The position numbers and the translations under genes are program-made. This document shows positions 58,580 to 64,000 of a stretch of DNA of 64,000 bases, piece by piece; positions within the stretch are counted from its first letter, which is position 1; each line of letters opens with the position of its first letter. The notes beneath the pieces were generated by a model. It had not been told where the DNA came from and made no database searches. It saw only the letters and a list, made by a program, of their open reading frames with translations. This DNA is from Candidatus Oxydemutator sp. GTDB taxonomy: Bacteria > Pseudomonadota > Gammaproteobacteria > Poriferisulfidales > Oxydemutatoraceae. The DNA is taken from assembly GCA_965203445.1 (NCBI GenBank), contig OZ241883.1, positions 1,280,001 through 1,344,000 on the forward strand, written 5' to 3'.

Positions 58580-59545
58580 ATGCCCGTTTGGAGTGAAATA
58601 CTTGCTGAGCTTCAAAGGAGCAAGGGCACAAACAATGGTGCGCCCGATTTTGACGGTGTTCGTCGGAGCTACCTCTCAAAACTTTACGAACACTCTGACC
58701 GCAATATTATTTTGTACGCTTCCGGCTGGTTGCAGAAACAAGGAATATCGGAAGCTGCCATTTCCATTCATGACGAAGATATTCATGCCCTGATGGAAGT
58801 TAGTCAGGGTCTGAAAGGTTCTGATCTTGACTTGATCCTGCATAGTCCGGGAGGTTCCCCTGAAGCGGCCGAAGCGATTGTGTCTTATCTGCGATCGCGG
58901 TTTTCTCATATCCGAGTAATCGTTCCGCAGCTCGCCATGTCTGCTGCAACCATGATCGCTTGTGCGGCGAATGAAATCGTGCTTGGCAAACATTCTTTTC
59001 TTGGACCGACCGACCCGCAACTTTTGTTGGCGACTCAGCTTGGCGTGCGCTTGGTTCCTGCTCAGGCCGTTTTAGATCAATTCGACAGGGCGCAACGTGA
59101 ATGCGCCGATCCGAAGAAGATTTCCGCTTGGCTGTCAATGCTGAGTCAGTACGGCCCTGACCTGTTGGAGCGGTGCGAACAAGCTTTGGATATGTCAAAA
59201 GACCTTGTGCGGGTATGGTTGGAGACGCATATGTTCGAGGAAGACTCGAAACGGGCAGACAAAGCAACACGGATTTCCGAATGGCTTGCTGATCATAAAC
59301 ATTTTAAGAGTCATAGCCGTCATATATCGAGGGATAAGCTTGAAGATCAGCAACTGAAAATATTGTCACTGGAAAGCGATGAGACTTTGCAAGATCTGAG
59401 TCTTTCGGTATTTCACGCCACTACCCACACGTTCGCCAGCACTCCGGTGGTAAAAATCGTAGAAAGCCACACTGGTCGCGCCTTTATTAAGAGCAGCATA
59501 CAGGCCGTTCCTTTCCCCAATAATCCGGCTCCCCCCATTGTGTAA
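58580..59545 (+). CDS. SDH-family Clp-fold serine protease (S49-like)
   Basis: LDLILHSPGG, AMSAATMIAC (Ser), LGPTDPQ (Asp), SHSRHI (His). Confidence 0.88.
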   Translation: MPVWSEILAELQRSKGTNNGAPDFDGVRRSYLSKLYEHSDRNIILYASGWLQKQGISEAAISIHDEDIHALMEVSQGLKGSDLDLILHSPGGSPEAAEAIVSYLRSRFSHIRVIVPQLAMSAATMIACAANEIVLGKHSFLGPTDPQLLLATQLGVRLVPAQAVLDQFDRAQRECADPKKISAWLSMLSQYGPDLLERCEQALDMSKDLVRVWLETHMFEEDSKRADKATRISEWLADHKHFKSHSRHISRDKLEDQQLKILSLESDETLQDLSLSVFHATTHTFASTPVVKIVESHTGRAFIKSSIQAVPFPNNPAPPIV

Positions 59546-59587
59546 GAGGCTTTCCTACCGTTGTTGTGGGATAGCATACTAAATCTC

Positions 59588-60245
59588 ATGGGAAAACTCG
59601 ACCGCCTGAAAGCGTTGTTGCGCGAGATGTTCCAGCTCGAGCGCGGCGATCTGGACTTCGGCCTGTATCGGATCATGGGCATGAAGTCGGCCGAGGTCGC
59701 GGCGTTTCTCGACAAGGATCTGCTGCCGCAGGTACAGGACAGGCTGAAACTCACCGGCGACAGGGGGCGTGCCGATCTGGAGAAAGAGATTCGGGACGCC
59801 GTCCAAGGGGCCGAAAAGCTGGGAGTTGCGCCCGAAGATACGCCTCATGTCAAGAAATTGCGGGTGCGCCTGGCCGGGATGAGGAAAGACGCGGACGCCG
59901 AGGCCGACGTCTATAACCATCTCGCCAACTTCTTTGCCCGTTATTGCACCGAAGGCGACTTCATGTCGCAGCGTCGCTATTCCGGCGGCGGGCGCTCGTC
60001 CTATCTGATCCCCTACGACGGCGAGGAAGTAAAACTGCACTGGGCCAACGCCGACCAGTATTACATCAAGACGACCGAGAACTACGCCTCCTACGTGTTC
60101 ACGGTCGACGCGGGCGGTGGGCTGCGGCGCGTGCGCTTTGAGATTGCGGCGGCGGACAACGAGAAGGACAACGTCAAGGAAACCGCCGACAAGCAGCGCC
60201 GCTTTGTGCTCGCCAGAGGCAAGGGCGCCGTCGCCGTCCTCGACG
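59588..60245 (+). pseudogene. Truncated duplicate of the 5' end of the type III RM methyltransferase
   Basis: 59593-60245 is a close copy of 62896-63548; it breaks after gccgtcctcgacg into an opposite-strand GLUG remnant. Confidence 0.88.
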
Positions 60246-60946
60246 TAGCGACCGCCGCCATCGGCGGTGTACTGGGCGACGCCGCTGATGGCGGCCGTAT
60301 TGTGGCACCGGATGACGCTCGTGTCGTCGGCGTCTATGTCGCGGTCGCGGTCGGTGTCGCCCGCGTAGCGCCACGGCGCGACGGTGTACGGCTGGCGCGT
60401 CGGCAGCAGATTTCTATAGGTGGTCTTCATGGCGCCGCGCGCACGCTCGTACGCGCCTTGCAGAAATACGCGGGCAGCCACGCTTATCGCCGCCGCCGCG
60501 CTTGGTTCGGGAGCGGGGGCAATCGGCGGCTGCCCACCCCCGTTCCCTGTTTCTCTTTGGGTGGCCGGATCTAAGCCGCCGTATTGCAGTACCGGGTATT
60601 CGGACGACGTGCCGAAGTTCCATGGATCGTCGCCGCTGCCGTCTCGATCAATATCCACGTTCCAGGCGGCGTAGATGCCGCCGCCATAATTCACTGGCGA
60701 CTGCAATTCGCTCGCAGTCTTGCCGCTGCCGCCATCGCTATTGCTTCCGCCTGTGCCCGTGTCTCAATAGGCGTTGTCTATGCGAGCCGTACTGTGCCCC
60801 CTCCCCACCAAGCCGCCAACCTCGGTGTCGCCCGAGACCGTGTTTCTGGCGTAGCTGGCGTGTATCTCCGTCGTGTTGCCGAGGCGCCCCACCAATCCAC
60901 CGATGTCACGGCTCGTATTTCCCTGGCCGGTGACGGATCCCGTCGT
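60246..60946 (-). pseudogene. Decayed 3' end of a GLUG-protein paralog with an internally deleted C-terminal domain
   Basis: Two GLUG repeats, TGA at 60764-60766 in place of the conserved Trp, IYAAWNVD...PWNFGTSSEYPVLQY, VFLQGAY...QPY...YAG|DTDRDRDI. Confidence 0.88.
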
Positions 60947-61091
60947 GTGTCAAGCCAAAGCAGAAATGTCCTATTTGCCGGCGACGCTTATGGCGACCCG
61001 CCGTAGCGCCTGACGTGGTGATGCAGGCTGAGGAAATTATCGGCAGCGACAATCCGGAGCAGTTGAAACGGGCTGCTTTTTACATCGTTTT

Positions 61092-62171
61092 CTATTCATG
61101 AGCAGTCCACAATCGGCCCTGCAACCAGAGGCTGCCTTCTATATCTTGAGCGACGCTCGGCGGTTCGCTGCCAGACCACGCGCGTCTGGTAATAAATACG
61201 TCCAAGTCGGCATCTTCATCATCGAACCGCATGACCGTAACGCGCACTTGCCATCCTGATTGACCAAGCCAATCATTTGAAAACGGTTCCACCTCGCGTA
61301 TCGTACCCCGAAAATAGTAGTCATCCCGATCCTCTTCGGGCAGAGGCAACAATATTGCCGCACCTCCCATTTGAAACGTATTCGAACTTCGGGGGGCCGG
61401 CACCTGTGGATTTTCATCGGCTATTGCCTGCTGCCAATGGACACTATCGGAATGTTGCTTCACCAATAATTCGGCGGGTTCGGCGGGCTCGGCCCCGTAG
61501 GCAATGCCGGCCAGGAGAAATTGGCATGATGTACCGGCTTTGTACCAAGCGCGGTTATTCAGAAAATTGGTGTCGAAGAACGTAACGATTGCAGGCCCCC
61601 AAGCCCCCTCGATTTGCGCTTCGACTCCATTGCGCCAGACGAATACCCGCCGAATCTCCATGCTGGCCTCACTGCCGGTACAGATATATGGGTACATGCT
61701 GGCTATCTGATTTTGGCCTTCTTTGCGCAGGATCGTTACCACCAGGCCGCAATAAGGTATCGGCCAGTATAAATGCTCACCTTCCATCCAATCCCCCGGT
61801 GTCTCGCGAGGCGCGGGATATGTATCGCCAAACGCTGGAACCGTGAATGCCTGAGACAGTATCTCTTCCAGGTTCCTGATCACGTCATTGGGATCCTCAT
61901 AAAACGGTCTCCAATGAGAACCATGATAGTGTGGTTGATCCTCCGACTCGCATATAAACGTGCAATCCGGCCATGTGGGTTGAGAAGTTGGCGGTTCATC
62001 AGACGTAACACCAGCCTCAAGCTGGGAAACCAGACGTTCCCTCTTCACAAGCCCTTGCTCGCCACTCGCTAACTGAATGCCGATATAATCGTCACCGACA
62101 AAAGTTATCGTGCAAGGGCCATGCTTGGGATGGTTGATTTCGGTGCCGACCTCGAACTTTTTCATGCTCAC
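61092..62171 (-). CDS. Hypothetical protein (359 aa) with a Tudor/CarD-like N-terminal motif
   Basis: Long low-GC ORF; FEVGTEINHPKHG N-terminus; ends DIEGSLWLQGRL. Start GTG 62171 or ATG 62165. Confidence 0.75.
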   Translation of the reverse strand: MSMKKFEVGTEINHPKHGPCTITFVGDDYIGIQLASGEQGLVKRERLVSQLEAGVTSDEPPTSQPTWPDCTFICESEDQPHYHGSHWRPFYEDPNDVIRNLEEILSQAFTVPAFGDTYPAPRETPGDWMEGEHLYWPIPYCGLVVTILRKEGQNQIASMYPYICTGSEASMEIRRVFVWRNGVEAQIEGAWGPAIVTFFDTNFLNNRAWYKAGTSCQFLLAGIAYGAEPAEPAELLVKQHSDSVHWQQAIADENPQVPAPRSSNTFQMGGAAILLPLPEEDRDDYYFRGTIREVEPFSNDWLGQSGWQVRVTVMRFDDEDADLDVFITRRAWSGSEPPSVAQDIEGSLWLQGRLWTAHE

Positions 62172-62395
62172 GGTTCTATTTCCATTAAGCCGATTTCGTC
62201 AATAGACGACGCGTAATGCGCGAGCTGTAAGGTGGGATGGGGTATTCGCTGCGCCCGTATCCGTTGCCGGCGTCGCCGCAACGGATAACAATATTTTTAT
62301 CGCCATCTCGATGAATTGAACCTGTCAGGAAGCATTGATGTTATCAATGTATCGGCGGCAAGGCAAGATTTCGCTGAAAACCGTCAAATGCATTA

Positions 62396-62430
62396 CCCCC
62401 TCTCCCTCTGGGAGAGGGCCGGGGTGAGAG
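62396..62430 (+). repeat. BoxC-like repeat, copy 2
   Basis: ccccctctccctctgggagagggccggggtgagag. Confidence 0.75.
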
Positions 62431-62462
62431 CTTCTTCCGTTGCCCCGATCTATTCTCCATAA

Positions 62463-62711
62463 TTAAGGCATGCGCTGCCCATTGTGCCATAGTTCATATT
62501 CGCTGATGTCTATGTCGTTGCTCCACGTTATCGCGTATCCACCTTGCTCCACTTCGACGGAGCGGAATAAAACGGGATTTTTCAAAGGGGCGAACATTTT
62601 CCGTGTCAGCAATGGGGCAACGTCATACTTTCTTTCCTGGCCATTATCAAATCGAACCAGGAGAGTATGGTCGTTCATGGTTTGTACAGATCGAATTTTG
62701 GGGTATGACAT
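62463..62711 (-). CDS. DUF2442-family protein (putative antitoxin)
   Basis: I.SV.....LLVRFDNG....YD......F.PLKNP.LF.SV.VE.GGY.I.W..DIDISEYELW. Confidence 0.8.
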   Translation of the reverse strand: MSYPKIRSVQTMNDHTLLVRFDNGQERKYDVAPLLTRKMFAPLKNPVLFRSVEVEQGGYAITWSNDIDISEYELWHNGQRMP

Positions 62712-62713
62712 GA

Positions 62714-62800
62714 CTACTCCAGCGGAGGCAAATGGTCTCCAAAGAATAATTTTATGATCATTCCGTATAAGCTTGTAACTTCAGTGGCTGGCGCTGGCAA
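62714..62800 (-). pseudogene. DUF4160-family toxin remnant with an in-frame internal deletion
   Basis: (LPAPA)TEVTSLYGMIIKLFFGDH|LPPLE*: a DUF4160-like N-terminus joined to its C-terminal PPL, 2 bp upstream of DUF2442. Confidence 0.72.
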
Positions 62801-62857
62801 GCCAGATACGCAATCTCCTATTATAATTTGCCCGTGACCAACTCCATTTCCGTCGCG

Positions 62858-64000
62858 ATGTCCAACGATTCCCGACCGGCCCCGGGTTCCGGAGAAAAAC
62901 TCGACCGCCTGAAAGCGTTGTTGCGCGAGATGTTCCAGCTCGAGCGCGGCGATCTGGACTTCGGCCTGTATCGGATCATGGGCATGAAGTCGGCCGAGGT
63001 CGCGGCGTTTCTCGACAAGGATCTGCTGCCGCAGATAAAGGACAGGCTGAAACTCACCGGCGACAGCGAGCGTGCCGATCTGGAGAAAGAGATTCGGGAC
63101 GCCGAGAAAGATGCCATAAAACTGGAGTTCAAACCCGAAGATGCGCCTCGTGTCCAGAAATTGCGGACGCGCCTGGCCGCGATGAGGAAAGACGCGGACG
63201 CCGAGGCCGACGTCTATAACCATCTCGCCAACTTCTTTGCCCGTTATTACACCGAGGGCGACTTCATGTCGCAGCGTCGCTATTCCGGCGGCGGGCGCTC
63301 GTCCTATCTGATCCCCTACGACGGCGAGGAAGTGAAACTGCACTGGGCCAACGCCGACCAGTATTACATCAAGACGACCGAGAACTACGCCTCCTACGTG
63401 TTCACGGTCGGCGCGGGCGGTGGGCTGCGGCGCGTGCGCTTTGAGATTGCGGCGGCGGACAACGAGAAGGACAACGTCAAGGAAGCCGCCGGCAAGCAGC
63501 GCCGCTTTGTGCTCGCCAGAGGCGGGGGCGCCGTCGCCGTCCTCGACGACGATCTGGTCGTGCGCTTCGAGCATCGCCCGCTGACGGAAGGCGAAAAGAA
63601 GATATGGCCGGGCAACGGCAGCAGGCAACAGAACCGTATCAACGAGGAGGCGGTCGAGCGCATCCTGAACGCGGACGCGGCGACGGACTGGCAAGCCCTG
63701 CTGAGCGCGCCGGCACCGACCGAGGCCGACAATGAACGCACGCTGCTGGCCAAACACGTCGAGCGCTACACGGCCAAGAACAGTTTCGATTATTTCATCC
63801 ACAAAGACCTGGGCGGTTTTCTGCGCCGCGAGTTGGACTTGTATCTGAACACCGAGGTGCTGAACCTGGACGACCTGGAGCAAGGCGACGCCGCGCGCCT
63901 GGATCGGGCGCTGGCGCGGGTGCGCGCGGTTCGTCACGTCGGCTGCAAGATCATAGATTTTCTGGCCCAGCTGGAGGATTTTCAGAAGAAGTTGTGGCTG
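62858..64000 (+). CDS. Type III restriction-modification methyltransferase (Mod-like), 3'-partial
   Basis: MSNDS...KLDRLKALLREMFQL...DLDFGLYRIM, FFARYY.EGDFMSQRRY, YDGEEVKLHWANADQYYIKT, KNSFDYFIHKDLGGFL.RELD, KIIDFLAQLEDFQKKLW. The frame runs off the window, so the catalytic motifs are not visible. TATAAT at 62822-62827. Confidence 0.8.
   Translation, partial: MSNDSRPAPGSGEKLDRLKALLREMFQLERGDLDFGLYRIMGMKSAEVAAFLDKDLLPQIKDRLKLTGDSERADLEKEIRDAEKDAIKLEFKPEDAPRVQKLRTRLAAMRKDADAEADVYNHLANFFARYYTEGDFMSQRRYSGGGRSSYLIPYDGEEVKLHWANADQYYIKTTENYASYVFTVGAGGGLRRVRFEIAAADNEKDNVKEAAGKQRRFVLARGGGAVAVLDDDLVVRFEHRPLTEGEKKIWPGNGSRQQNRINEEAVERILNADAATDWQALLSAPAPTEADNERTLLAKHVERYTAKNSFDYFIHKDLGGFLRRELDLYLNTEVLNLDDLEQGDAARLDRALARVRAVRHVGCKIIDFLAQLEDFQKKLWL

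Noticed and set aside
59561-60706. ORFs 59561-60574 (+) and 59579-60706 (-) as novel overlapping fusion proteins
   Set aside because: Each is a read-through across the junction of two opposite-strand pseudogene fragments.
60950-61100. Short plus-strand frame containing CPIC (possible zinc-finger fragment)
   Set aside because: Under 50 codons, no start or RBS, and no recognisable family.
62333-62349. FNR box
   Set aside because: The spacing is TTGAT-N3-ATCAA, not the required N4.
62714-63937. 407-aa minus-strand ORF
   Set aside because: Antisense shadow of the Mod gene; only its last ~25 codons (the DUF4160 stub) look meaningful.

Overview
High-GC gammaproteobacterial chromosome segment; a host-associated (e.g. 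sponge-symbiont) lifestyle is an inference from the giant repeat surface proteins, the AAA ATPase and RM load, and the gene decay. The backbone is ordinary housekeeping: LPS inner core (GT9, kdkA, waaA), tolC, thiC, btuB/btuF, slt, metY, psd-aroC, ispB, rplU-rpmA-obgE-folB-folK, thiS-thiG-trmB, aat, trxB, ftsK-lolA, smpB, ratA-rnfH, bamE-fur, recN-nadK and grpE-dnaK-dnaJ-dapB. Six things stand out. (1) At the left edge, the 3' part of a giant (>2289 aa) modular surface protein: near-identical Ig/cadherin-like frameworks hold GLUG-repeat solenoids with variable repeat number and hypervariable Trp/Arg-rich and CX8C loops. It ends in a dockerin-like C-terminal domain that is shared with a decayed paralog at 60.2-60.9 kb. 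(2) Two toxin-antitoxin loci (darT-darG and DUF4160-DUF2442) whose toxins are hollowed out by in-frame internal deletion while the antitoxin or its core domain is kept; neither toxin remnant is called as such in the ORF track. (3) An NHLP-leader-like small protein inserted before rplU. (4) A broken partner-switching locus: RsbW, STAS and a hidden SpoIIE C-terminal remnant. (5) A low-GC defence-like island after dapB: membrane protein, small protein, SDH serine protease and a duplicated type III Mod 5' end. (6) Single inserted DNA-modification/restriction genes (orphan MTase, Mrr). No rRNA, tRNA, CRISPR array, integrase or reverse transcriptase was recognised. All family calls come from motif recognition by eye, not from database searches.
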